DNA of 64,000 nucleotides from the human T2T-CHM13v2.0 reference genome, Homo sapiens, in assembly GCF_009914755.1 (NCBI RefSeq), contig NC_060931.1; one strand, written 5' to 3'. The translations under genes and the position numbers were made by a program. Shown piece by piece: positions 39,901 through 53,395 of the stretch (its first letter is position 1; the number at the start of each line of letters is the position of its first letter). The notes beneath the pieces are model-generated. The model worked only from the letters and a program-made list of their open reading frames with translations, did no database searches and was not told where the DNA came from.

Positions 39901-42900
39901 CCGCATTGAGGCCTTCGTTGGAAACGGGATTTCTTCATTTCATGCTAGACAGAAGAATTCTCAGTAACTTCTTTGTGCTGTGTGTATTCAACTCACAGAG
40001 TGGAACGTCCCTTTGCACAGAGCAGATTTGAAACACTCTTTTTGTGGAGTTTGCAAGTGGAGATTTCAAGCGATTTGATGCCAACAGTAGAAAAGGAAAT
40101 ATCTTCAAATAAAAACTAGACAGAATCATTCTCAGAAACTACTTTGTGATGTGTGCCTTCAACTCACAGAGTTTAACCTTTCTTTTCTTAGAGCAGTTTA
40201 GAAACACTCTGCTTGTTATGTCTGCAAGTGGATATTTGGACCTCTTTGAGGCCTTCGTTGCAAACGGGTTTTCTTCCTTTCATGCTAGACTAAGAAGAGT
40301 TCTCAGTAACTTTTTTGTGTTGTGTGTATTCAACTCACAGAGTTGAACCTTGCTTTAGAGAGAGCAGATTTGAAACACTCTTGCTGTGGCATTTTCAGGT
40401 GGAGATTTCAAGCGATTTGAGGACAATTGCAGAAAAGGAAATATCTTCGTATAATAACCAGACAGAATCATTCTCAGAAAGTGCTTTGTGATGTGTGCGT
40501 TCAACTCACAGAGTTTAACCTTTCTTTTCATAGAGGAGTTTGGAAACACACTGTTTGTAAAGTCTGCAAGTGGATACATGGACCTGTTTGAGGCCTTCGT
40601 TGGAAACGGGATTTCTTCATTGAATGCTAGACGGAAGAATTCTCAGTAAATTCTTTGTGTTGTGTGCATTCAACTCACAGAGTGGAACGTCCCTTTAGAC
40701 AGAGCAGATTTGAAACACTCTTTTTGCGGAATTTGCAAGTGGAGATTTCTAGCCATTTGATGCCAACAGTAGAAAGGGAAATATCTTCAAATAAAAACCA
40801 GACAGAATCATTCTCAGAAAATTCTTTGTGATGTGTGCGTTCAACTCACATAGTTTAACCTTTCTTTTCATAGAGCAGTTTGGAAACACTCTGTTTGTAA
40901 AGTCTGCAAGTGGATATATGGACCGCATTGAGGCCTTCGTTGGAAACGGGATTTCTTCATTTCATGCTAGACAGAAGAATTCTCAGTAACTTCTTTGTGC
41001 TGTGTGTATTCAACTCACAGAGTGGAACGTCCCTTTGCACAGAGCAGATTTGAAACACTCTTTTTGTGGAGTTTGCAAGTGGAGATTTCAAGCGATTTGA
41101 TGCCAACAGTAGAAAAGGAAATATCTTCAAATAAAAACTAGACAGAATCATTCTCAGAAACTACTTTGTGATGTGTGCCTTCAACTCACAGAGTTTAACC
41201 TTTCTTTTCTTAGAGCAGTTTAGAAACACTCTGCTTGTTATGTCTGCAAGTGGATATTTGGACCTCTTTGAGGCCTTCGTTGCAAACGGGTTTTCTTCCT
41301 TTCATGCTAGACTAAGAAGAGTTCTCAGTAACTTTTTTGTGTTGTGGGTATTCAACTCACAGAGTTGAACCTTGCTTTAGAGAGAGCAGATTTGAAACAC
41401 TGTTGCTGTTGCATTTTCAGCTGGAGATTTCAAGCGATTTGAGGACAATTGCAGAAAAGGAAATATCTTCGTATAATAACCAGACAGAATCATTCTCAGA
41501 AAGTGCTTTGTGATGTGTGCGTTCAACTCACAGAGTTTAACCTTTCTTTTCATAGAGGAGTTTGGAAACACACTGTTTGTAAAGACTGCAAGTGGATACA
41601 TGGACCTGTTTGAGGCCTTCGTTGGAAACGGGATTTCTTCATTGAATGCTAGACGGAAGAATTCTCAGTAAATTCTTTGTGTTGTGTGCATTCAACTCAC
41701 AGAGTGGAACGTCCCTTTAGACAGAGCAGATTTGAAACACTCTTTTTGCGGAATTTGCAAGTGGAGATTTCTAGCCATTTGATGCCAACAGTAGAAAGGG
41801 AAATATCTTCAAATAAAAACCAGACAGAATCATTCTCAGAAAATTCTTTGTGATGTGTGCGTTCAACTCACATAGTTTAACCTTTCTTTTCATAGAGCAG
41901 TTTGGAAACACTCTGTTTGTAAAGTCTGCAAGTGGATATATGGACCGCATTGAGGCCTTCGTTGGAAACGGGATTTCTTCATTTCATGCTAGACAGAAGA
42001 ATTCTCAGTAACTTCTTTGTGCTGTGTGTATTCAACTCACAGAGTGGAACGTCCCTTTGCACAGAGCAGATTTGAAACACTCTTTTTGTGGAGTTTGCAA
42101 GTGGAGATTTCAAGCGATTTGATGCCAACAGTAGAAAAGGAAATATCTTCAAATAAAAACTAGACAGAATCATTCTCAGAAACTACTTTGTGATGTGTGC
42201 CTTCAACTCACAGAGTTTAACCTTTCTTTTCTTAGAGCAGTTTAGAAACACTCTGCTTGTTATGTCTGCAAGTGGATATTTGGACCTCTTTGAGGCCTTC
42301 GTTGCAAACGGGTTTTCTTCCTTTCATGCTAGACTAAGAAGAGTTCTCAGTAACTTTTTTGTGTTGTGGGTATTCAACTCACAGAGTTGAACCTTGCTTT
42401 AGAGAGAGCAGATTTGAAACACTGTTGCTGTTGCATTTTCAGCTGGAGATTTCAAGCGATTTGAGGACAATTGCAGAAAAGGAAATATCTTCGTATAATA
42501 ACCAGACAGAATCATTCTCAGAAAGTGCTTTGTGATGTGTGCGTTCAACTCACAGAGTTTAACCTTTCTTTTCATAGAGGAGTTTGGAAACACACTGTTT
42601 GTAAAGACTGCAAGTGGATACATGGACCTGTTTGAGGCCTTCGTTGGAAACGGGATTTCTTCATTGAATGCTAGACGGAAGAATTCTCAGTAAATTCTTT
42701 GTGTTGTGTGCATTCAACTCACAGAGTGGAACGTCCCTTTAGACAGAGCAGATTTGAAACACTCTTTTTGCGGAATTTGCAAGTGGAGATTTCTAGCCAT
42801 TTGATGCCAACAGTAGAAAGGGAAATATCTTCAAATAAAAACCAGACAGAATCATTCTCAGAAAATTCTTTGTGATGTGTGCGTTCAACTCACATAGTTT

Positions 42901-43192
42901 AACCTTTCTTTTCATAGAGCAGTTTGGAAACACTCTGTTTGTAAAGTCTGCAAGTGGATATATGGACCGCATTGAGGCCTTCGTTGGAAACGGGATTTCT
43001 TCATTTCATGCTAGACAGAAGAATTCTCAGTAACTTCTTTGTGCTGTGTGTATTCAACTCACAGAGTGGAACGTCCCTTTGCACAGAGCAGATTTGAAAC
43101 ACTCTTTTTGTGGAGTTTGCAAGTGGAGATTTCAAGCGATTTGATGCCAACAGTAGAAAAGGAAATATCTTCAAATAGAAACTAGACAGAAT
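30929..43192 (+). repeat. 6-HOR (6,132-bp) tandem duplication (about 30929-37060 and 37061-43192)
   Basis: Identical succession at +6,132: triple-marker HOR (32526/38658), a gggtttt HOR, then two divergent-haplotype HORs (35017/41149, 36039/42171). Confidence 0.88.
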
Positions 43193-46100
43193 CATTCTCA
43201 GAAACTACTTTGTGATGTGTGCCTTCAACTCACAGAGTTTAACCTTTCTTTTCTTAGAGCAGTTTAGAAACACTCTGCTTGTTACGTCTGCAAGTGGATA
43301 TTTGGACCTCTTTGAGGCCTTCGTTGCAAACGGGGTTTCTTCCTTTCATGCTAGACTAAGAAGAGTTCTCAGTAACTTTTTTGTGTTGTGTGTATTCAAC
43401 TCACAGAGTTGAACCTTGCTTTAGAGAGAGCAGATTTGAAACACTCTTGCTGTGGCATTTTCAGGTGGAGATTTCAAGCGATTTGAGGACAATTGCAGAA
43501 AAGGAAATATCTTCGTATAATAACCAGACAGAATCATTCTCAGAAAGTGCTTTGTGATGTGTGCGTTCAACTCACAGAGTTTAACCTTTCTTTTCATAGA
43601 GGAGTTTGGAAACACACTGTTTGTAAAGTCTGCAAGTGGATATATGGACCTGTTTGAGGCCTTCGTTGGAAACGGGATTTCTTCATTGAATGCTAGACGG
43701 AAGAATTCTCAGTAAATTCTTTGTGTTGTGTGCATTCAACTCACAGAGTGGAACGTCCCTTTAGACAGAGCAGATTTGAAACACTCTTTTTGCGGAATTT
43801 GCAAGTGGAGATTTCTAGCCATTTGATGCCAACAGTAGAAAGGGAAATATCTTCAAATAAAAACCAGACAGAATCATTCTCAGAAAATTCTTTGTGATGT
43901 GTGCGTTCAACTCACATAGTTTAACCTTTCTTTTCATAGAGCAGTTTGGAAACACTCTGTTTGTAAAGTCTGCAAGTGGATATATGGACCGCATTGAGGA
44001 CTTCGTTGGAAACGGGATTTCTTCATTTCATGCTAGACAGAAGAATTCTCAGTAACTTCTTTGTGCTGTGTGTATTCAACTCACAGAGTGGAACGTCCCT
44101 TTGCACAGAGCAGATTTGAAACACTCTTTTTGTGGAGTTTGCAAGTGGAGATTTCAAGCAATTTGATGCCAACAGTAGAAAAGGAAATATCTTCAAATAA
44201 AAACTAGACAGAATCATTCTCAGAAACTACTTTGTGATGTGTGCCTTCAACTCACAGAGTTTAACCTTTCTTTTCTCAGAGCAGTTTAGAAACACTCTGC
44301 TTGTTATGTCTGCAAGTGGATATTTGGACCTCTTTGAGGCCTTCGTTGCAAACGGGGTTTCTTCCTTTCATGCTAGACTAAGAAGAGTTCTCAGTAACTT
44401 TTTTGTGTTGTGTGTATTCAACTCACAGAGTTGAACCTTGCTTTAGAGAGAGCAGATTTGAAACACTCTTGCTGTGGCATTTTCAGCTGGAGATTTCAAG
44501 CGACTTGAGGACAATTGCAGAAAAGGAAATATCTTCGTATAATAACCAGACAGAATCATTCTCAGAAAGTGCTTTGTGATGTGTGCATTCAACTCACAGA
44601 GTTTAACCTTTCTTTTCATAGAGGAGTTTGGAAACACACTGTTTGTAAAGACTGCAAGTGGATATATGGACCTGTTTGAGGCCTTCGTTGGAAACGGGAT
44701 TTCTTCATTGAATGCTAGACGGAAGAATTCTCAGTAAATTCTTTGTGTTGTGTGCATTCAACTCACAGAGTGGAACGTCCCTTTAGACAGAGCAGATTTG
44801 AAACACTCTTTTTGCGGAATTTGCAAGTGGAGATTTCTAGCCATTTGATGCCAACAGTAGAAAGGGAAATATCTTCAAATAAAAACCAGACAGAATCATT
44901 CTCAGAAAATTCTTTGTGATGTGTGCGTTCAACTCACATAGTTTAACCTTTCTTTTCATAGAGCAGTTTGGAAACACTCTGTTTGTAAAGTCTGCAAGTG
45001 GATATATGGACCGCATTGAGGCCTTCGTTGGAAACGGGATTTCTTCATTTCATGCTAGACAGAAGAATTCTCAGTAACTTCTTTGTGCTGTGTGTATTCA
45101 CCTCACAGAGTGGAACGTCCCTTTGCACAGAGCAGATTTGAAACACTCTTTTTGTGGAGTTTGCAAGTGGAGATTTCAAGCGATTTGATGCCAACAGTAG
45201 AAAAGGAAATATCTTCAAATAAAAACTAGACAGAATCATTCTCAGAAACTACTTTGTGATGTGTGCCTTCAACTCACAGAGTTCAACCTTTCTTTTCTTA
45301 GAGCAGTTTAGAAACACTCTGCTTGTTATGTCTGCAAGTGGATATTTGGACCTCTTTGAGGCCTTCGTTGCAAACGGGGTTTCTTCCTTTCATGCTAGAC
45401 TAAGAAGAGTTCTCAGTAACTTTTTTGTGTTGTGTGTATTCAACTCACAGAGTTGAACCTTGCTTTAGAGAGAGCAGATTTGAAACACTCTTGCTGTGGC
45501 ATTTTCAGGTGGAGATTTCAAGCGATTTGAGGACAATTGCAGAAAAGGAAATATCTTCGTATAATAACCAGACAGAATCATTCTCAGAAAGTGCTTTGTG
45601 ATGTGTGCGTTCAACTCACAGAGTTTAACCTTTCTTTTCATAGAGGAGTTTGGAAACACACTGTTTGTAAAGTCTGCAAGTGGATACATGGACCTGTTTG
45701 AGGCCTTCGTTGGAAACGGGATTTCTTCATTGAATGCTAGACGGAAGAATTCTCAGTAAATTCTTTGTGTTGTGTGCATTCAACTCACAGAGTGGAACGT
45801 CCCTTTAGACAGAGCAGATTTGAAACACTCTTTTTGCGGAATTTGCAAGTGGAGATTTCTAGCCATTTGATGCCAACAGTAGAAAGGGAAATATCTTCAA
45901 ATAAAAACCAGACAGAATCATTCTCAGAAAATTCTTTGTGATGTGTGCGTTCAACTCACATAGTTTAACCTTTCTTTTCATAGAGCAGTTTGGAAACACT
46001 CTGTTTGTAAAGTCTGCAAGTGGATATATGGACCGCATTGAGGCCTTCGTTGGAAACGGGATTTCTTCATTTCATGCTAGACAGAAGAATTATCAGTAAC

Positions 46101-46305
46101 TTCTTTGTGCTGTGTGTATTCAACTCACAGAGTGGAACGTCCCTTTGCACAGAGCAGATTTGAAACACTCTTTTTGTGGAGTTTGCAAGTGGAGATTTCA
46201 AGCGATTTGATGCCAACAGTAGAAAAGGAAATATCTTCAAATAAAAACTAGACAGAATCATTCTCAGAAACTACTTTGTGATGTGTGCCTTCAACTCACA
46301 GAGTT
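43178..46305 (+). repeat. Dispersed ~3-HOR duplicated block B, copy 1 (partner at +10,218)
   Basis: Eleven variants (43178, 43285, 44000, 44160, 44277, 44487, 44504, 44587, 44651, 45101, 46092) recur at +10,218. Confidence 0.9.
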
Positions 46306-49300
46306 CAACCTTTCTTTTCTTAGAGCAGTTTAGAAACACTCTGCTTGTTATGTCTGCAAGTGGATATTTGGACCTCTTTGAGGCCTTCGTTGCAAACGGG
46401 GTTTCTTCCTTTCATGCTAGACTAAGAAGAGTTCTCAGTAACTTTTTTGTGTTGTGTGTATTCAACTCACAGAGTTGAACCTTGCTTTAGAGAGAGCAGA
46501 TTTGAAACACTCTTGCTGTGGCATTTTCAGGTGGAGATTTCAAGCGATTTGAGGACAATTGCAGAAAAGGAAATATCTTCGTATAATAACCAGACAGAAT
46601 CATTCTCAGAAAGTGCTTTGTGATGTGTGCGTTCAACTCACAGAGTTTAACCTTTCTTTTCATAGAGGAGTTTGGAAACACACTGTTTGTAAAGTCTGCA
46701 AGTGGATATATGGACCTGTTTGAGGCCTTCGTTGGAAACGGGATTTCTTCATGGAATGCTAGACGGAAGAATTCTCAGTAAATTCTTTGTGTTGTGTGCA
46801 TTCAACTCACAGAGTGGAACGTCCCTTTAGACAGAGCAGATTTGAAACACTCTTTTTGCGGAATTTGCAAGTGGAGATTTCTAGCCATTTGATGCCAACA
46901 GTAGAAAGGGAAATATCTTCAAATAAAAACCAGACAGAATCATTCTCAGAAAATTCTTTGTGATGTGTGCGTTCAACTCACATAGTTTAACCTTTCTTTT
47001 CATAGAGCAGTTTGGAAACACTCTGTTTGTAAAGTCTGCAAGTGGATATATGGACCGCATTGAGGCCTTCGTTGGAAACGGGATTTCTTCATTTCATGCT
47101 AGACAGAAGAATTCTCAGTAACTTCTTTGTGCTGTGTGTATTCAACTCACAGAGTGGAACGTCCCTTTGCACAGAGCAGATTTGAAACACTCTTTTTGTG
47201 GAGTTTGCAAGTGGAGATTTCAAGCGATTTGATGCCAACAGTAGAAAAGGAAATATCTTCAAATAAAAACTAGACAGAATCATTCTCAGAAACTACTTTG
47301 TGATGTGTGCCTTCAACTCACAGAGTTTAACCTTTCTTTTCTTAGAGCAGTTTAGAAACACTCTGCTTGTTATGTCTGCAAGTGGATATTTGGACCTCTT
47401 TGAGGCCTTCGTTGCAAACGGGGTTTCTTCCTTTCATGCTAGACTAAGAAGAGTTCTCAGTAACTTTTTTGTGTTGTGTGTATTCAACTCACAGAGTTGA
47501 ACCTTGCTTTAGAGAGAGCAGATTTGAAACAATCTTGCTGTGGCATTTTCAGGTGGAGATTTCAAGCGATTTGAGGACAATTGCAGAAAAGGAAATATCT
47601 TCGTATAATAACCAGACAGAATCATTCTCAGAAAGTGCTTTGTGATGTGTGCGTTCAACTCACAGAGTTTAACCTTTCTTTTCATAGAGGAGTTTGGAAA
47701 CACACTGTTTGTAAAGTCTGCAAGTGGATATATGGACCTGTTTGAGGCCTTCGTTGGAAACGGGATTTCTTCATTGAATGCTAGACGGAAGAATTCTCAG
47801 TAAATTCTTTGTGTTGTGTGCATTCAACTCACAGAGTGGAACGTCCCTTTAGACAGAGCAGATTTGAAACACTCTTTTTGCGGAATTTGCAAGTGGAGAT
47901 TTCTAGCCATTTGATGCCAACAGTAGAAAGGGAAATATCTTCAAATAAAAACCAGACAGAATCATTCTCAGAAAATTCTTTGTGATGTGTGCGTTCAACT
48001 CACATAGTTTAACCTTTCTTTTCATAGAGCAGTTTGGAAACACTCTGTTTGTAAAGTCTGCAAGTGGATATATGGACCGCATTGAGGCCTTCGTTGGAAA
48101 CGGGATTTCTTCATTTCATGCTAGACAGAAGAATTCTCAGTAACTTCTTTGTGCTGTGTGTATTCAACTCACAGAGTGGAACGTCCCTTTGCACAGAGCA
48201 GATTTGAAACACTCTTTTTGTGGAGTTTGCAAGTGGAGATTTCAAGCGATTTGATGCCAACAGTAGAAAAGGAAATATCTTCAAATAAAAACTAGGCAGA
48301 ATCATTCTCAGAAACTACTTTGTGACGTGTGCCTTCAACTCACAGAGTTTAACCTTTCTTTTCTTAGAGCAGTTTAGAAACACTCTGCTTGTTATGTCTG
48401 CAAGTGGATATTTGGACCTCTTTGAGGCCTTCGTTGCAAACGGGGTTTCTTCCTTTCATGCTAGACTAAGAAGAGTTCTCAGTAACTTTTTTGTGTTGTG
48501 TGTATTCAACTCACAGAGTTGAACCTTGCTTTAGAGAGAGCAGATTTGAAACACTCTTGCTGTGGCATTTTCAGGTGGAGATTTCAAGCGATTTGAAGAC
48601 AATTGCAGAAAAGGAAATATCTTCGTATAATAACCAGACAGAATCATTCTCAGAAAGTGCTTTGTGATGTGTGCGTTCAACTCACAGAGTTTAACCTTTC
48701 TTTTCATAGAGGAGTTTGGAAACACACTGTTTGTAAAGTCTGCAAGTGGATATATGGACCTGTTTGAGGCCTTCGTTGGAAACGGGATTTCTTCATTGAA
48801 TGCTAGACGGAAGAATTCTCAGTAAATTCTTTGTGTTGTGTGCATTCAACTCACAGAGTGGAACGTCCCTTTAGACAGAGCAGATTTGAAACACTCTTTT
48901 TGCGGAATTTGCAAGTGGAGATTTCTAGCCATTTGATGCCAACAGTAGAAAGGGAAATATCTTCAAATAAAAACCAGACAGAATCATTCTCAGAAAATTA
49001 TTTGTGATGTGTGCGTTCAACTCACATAGTTTAACCTTTCTTTTCATAGAGCAGTTTGGAAACACTCTGTTTGTAAAGTCTGCAAGTGGATATATGGACC
49101 GCATTGAGGCCTTCGTTGGAAACGGGATTTCTTCATTTCATGCTAGACAGAAGAATTCTCAGTAACTTCTTTGTGCTGTGTGTATTCAACTCACAGAGTG
49201 GAACGTCCCTTTGCACAGAGCAGATTTGAAACACTCTTTTTGCGGAGTTTGCAAGTGGAGATTTCAAGCGATTTGATGCCAATAGTAGAAAAGGAAATAT

Positions 49301-52300
49301 CTTCAAATAAAAACTAGACAGAATCATTCTCAGAAACTACTTTGTGATGTGTGCCTTCAACTCACAGAGTTCAACCTTTCCTTTCTTAGAGCAGTTTAGA
49401 AACACTCTGCTTGTTATGTCTGCAAGTGGATATTTGGACCTCTTTGAGGCCTTCGTTGCAAACGGGGTTTCTTCCTTTCATGCTAGACTAAGAAGAGTTC
49501 TCAGTAACTTTTTTGTGTTGTGTGTATTCAACTCACAGAGTTGAACCTTGCTTTAGAGAGAGCAGATTTGAAACACTCTTGCTGTGGCATTTTCAGGTGG
49601 AGATTTCAAGCGATTTGAGGACAATTGCAGAAAAGGAAATATCTTCGTATAATAACCAGACAGAATCATTCTCAGAAAGTGCTTTGTGATGTGTGCGTTC
49701 AACTCACAGAGTTTAACCTTTCTTTTCATAGAGGAGTTTGGAAACACACTGTTTGTAAAGTCTGCAAGTGGATACATGGACCTGTTTGAGGCCTTCGTTG
49801 GAAACGGGATTTCTTCATTGAATGCTAGACGGAAGAATTCTCAGTAAATTCTTTGTGTTGTGTGCATTCAACTCACAGAGTGGAACGTCCCTTTAGACAG
49901 AGCAGATTTGAAACACTCTTTTTGCGGAATTTGCAAGTGGAGATTTCTAGCCATTTGATGCCAACAGTAGAAAGGGAAATATCTTCAAATAAAAACCAGA
50001 CAGAATCATTCTCAGAAAATTCTTTGTGATGTGTGCGTTCAACTCACATAGTTTAACCTTTCTTTTCATAGAGCAGTTTGGAAACACTCTGTTTGTAAAG
50101 TCTGCAAGTGGATATATGGACCGCATTGAGGCCTTCGTTGGAAACGGGATTTCTTCATTTCATGCTAGACAGAAGAATTCTCAGTAACTTCTTTGTGCTG
50201 TGTGTATTCAACTCACAGAGTGGAACGTCCCTTTGCACAGAGCAGATTTGAAACACTCTTTTTGTGGAGTTTGCAAGTGGAGATTTCAAGCGATTTGATG
50301 CCAACAGTAGAAAAGGAAATATCTTCAAATAAAAACTAGACAGAATCATTCTCAGAAACTACTTTGTGATGTGTGCCTTCAACTCACAGAGTTTAACCTT
50401 TCTTTTCTTAGAGCAGTTTAGAAACACTCTGCTTGTTATGTCTGCAAGTGGATATTTGGACCTCTTTGAGGCCTTCGTTGCAAACGGGGTTTCTTCCTTT
50501 CATGCTAGACTAAGAAGAGTTCTCAGTAACTTTTTTGTGTTGTGTGTATTCAACTCACAGAGTTGAACCTTGCTTTAGAGAGAGCAGATTTGAAACACTC
50601 TTGCTGTGGCATTTTCAGGTGGAGATTTCAAGCGATTTGAGGACAATTGCAGAAAAGGAAATATCTTCGTATAATAACCAGACAGAATCATTCTCAGAAA
50701 GTGCTTTGTGATGTGTGCGTTCAACTCACAGAGTTTAACCTTTCTTTTCATAGAGGAGTTTGGAAACACACTGTTTGTAAAGTCTGCAAGTGGATACATG
50801 GACCTGTTTGAGGCCTTCGTTGGAAACGGGATTTCTTCATTGAATGCTAGACGGAAGAATTCTCAGTAAATTCTTTGTGTTGTGTGCATTCAACTCACAG
50901 AGTGGAACGTCCCTTTAGACAGAGCAGATTTGAAACACTCTTTGCGGAATTTGCAAGTGGAGATTTCTAGCCATTTGATGCCAACAGTAGAAAGGGAAAT
51001 ATCTTCAAATAAAAACCAGACAGAATCATTCTCAGAAAATTCTTTGTGATGTGTGCGTTCAACTCACATAGTTTAACCTTTCTTTTCATAGAGCAGTTTG
51101 GAAACACTCTGTTTGTAAAGTCTGCAAGTGGATATATGGACCGCATTGAGGCCTTCGTTGGAAACGGGATTTCTTCATTTCATGCTAGACAGAAGAATTC
51201 TCAGTAACTTCTTTGTGCTGTGTGTATTCAACTCACAGAGTGGAACGTCCCTTTGCACAGAGCAGATTTGAAACACTCTTTTTGTGGAGTTTGCAAGTGG
51301 AGATTTCAAGCGATTTGATGCCAACAGTAGAAAAGGAAATATCTTCAAATAAAAACTAGACAGAATCATTCTCAGAAACTACTTTGTGATGTGTGCCTTC
51401 AACTCACAGAGTTTAACCTTTCTTTTCTTAGAGCAGTTTAGAAACACTCTGCTTGTTATGTCTGCAAGTGGATATTTGGACCTCTTTGAGGCCTTCGTTG
51501 CAAACGGGTTTTCTTCCTTTCATGCTAGACTAAGAAGAGTTCTCAGTAACTTTTTTGTGTTGTGGGTATTCAACTCACAGAGTTGAACCTTGCTTTAGAG
51601 AGAGCAGATTTGAAACACTGTTGCTGTTGCATTTTCAGCTGGAGATTTCAAGCGATTTGAGGACAATTGCAGAAAAGGAAATATCTTCGTATAATAACCA
51701 GACAGAATCATTCTCAGAAAGTGCTTTGTGATGTGTGCGTTCAACTCACAGAGTTTAACCTTTCTTTTCATAGAGGAGTTTGGAAACACACTGTTTGTAA
51801 AGACTGCAAGTGGATACATGGACCTGTTTGAGGCCTTCGTTGGAAACGGGATTTCTTCATTGAATGCTAGACGGAAGAATTCTCAGTAAATTCTTTGTGT
51901 TGTGTGCATTCAACTCACAGAGTGGAACGTCCCTTTAGACAGAGCAGATTTGAAACACTCTTTTTGCGGAATTTGCAAGTGGAGATTTCTAGCCATTTGA
52001 TGCCAACAGTAGAAAGGGAAATATCTTCAAATAAAAACCAGACAGAATCATTCTCAGAAAATTCTTTGTGATGTGTGCGTTCAACTCACATAGTTTAACC
52101 TTTCTTTTCATAGAGCAGTTTGGAAACACTCTGTTTGTAAAGTCTGCAAGTGGATATATGGACCGCATTGAGGCCTTCGTTGGAAACGGGATTTCTTCAT
52201 TTCATGCTAGACAGAAGAATTCTCAGTAACTTCTTTGTGCTGTGTGTATTCAACTCACAGAGTGGAACGTCCCTTTGCACAGAGCAGATTTGAAACACTC

Positions 52301-53395
52301 TTTTTGTGGAGTTTGCAAGTGGAGATTTCAAGCGATTTGATGCCAACAGTAGAAAAGGAAATATCTTCAAATAAAAACTAGACAGAATCATTCTCAGAAA
52401 CTACTTTGTGATGTGTGCCTTCAACTCACAGAGTTTAACCTTTCTTTTCTTAGAGCAGTTTAGAAACACTCTGCTTGTTATGTCTGCAAGTGGATATTTG
52501 GACCTCTTTGAGGCCTTCGTTGCAAACGGGGTTTCTTCCTTTCATGCTAGACTAAGAAGAGTTCTCAGTAACTTTTTTGTGTTGTGTGTATTCAACTCAC
52601 AGAGTTGAACCTTGCTTTAGAGAGAGCAGATTTGAAACACTCTTGCTGTGGCATTTTCAGGTGGAGATTTCAAGCGATTTGAGGACAATTGCAGAAAAGG
52701 AAATATCTTCGTATAATAACCAGACAGAATCATTCTCAGAAAGTGCTTTGTGATGTGTGCGTTCAACTCACAGAGTTTAACCTTTCTTTTCATAGAGGAG
52801 TTTGGAAACACACTGTTTGTAAAGTCTGCAAGTGGATATATGGACCTGTTTGAGGCCTTCGTTGGAAACGGGATTTCTTCATTGAATGCTAGACGGAAAA
52901 ATTCTCAGTAAATTCTTTGTGTTGTGTGCATTCAACTCACAGAGTGGAACGTCCCTTTAGACAGAGCAGATTTGAAACACTCTTTTTGCGGAATTTGCAA
53001 GTGGAGATTTCTAGCCATTTGATGCCAACAGTAGAAAGGGAAATATCTTCAAATAAAAACCAGACAGAATCATTCTCAGAAAATTCTTTGTGATGTGTGC
53101 GTTCAACTCACATAGTTTAACCTTTCTTTTCATAGAGCAGTTTGGAAACACACTGTTTGTAAAGTCTGCAAGTGGATATATGGACCGCATTGAGGCCTTC
53201 GTTGGAAACGGGATTTCTTCATTTCATGCTAGACAGAAGAATTCTCAGTAACTTCTTTGTGCTGTGTGTATTCAACTCACAGAGTGGAACGTCCCTTTGC
53301 ACAGAGCAGATTTGAAACACTCTTTTTGTGGAGTTTGCAAGTGGAGATTTCAAGCGATTTGATGCCAACAGTAGAAAAGGAAATATCTTCAAATA

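Noticed and set aside
50935-50950. 2-bp deletion in a T run (T5>T3)
   Set aside because: It is a single homopolymer contraction that cannot be told from a consensus error without reads; used only to explain the 1,020-bp unit.
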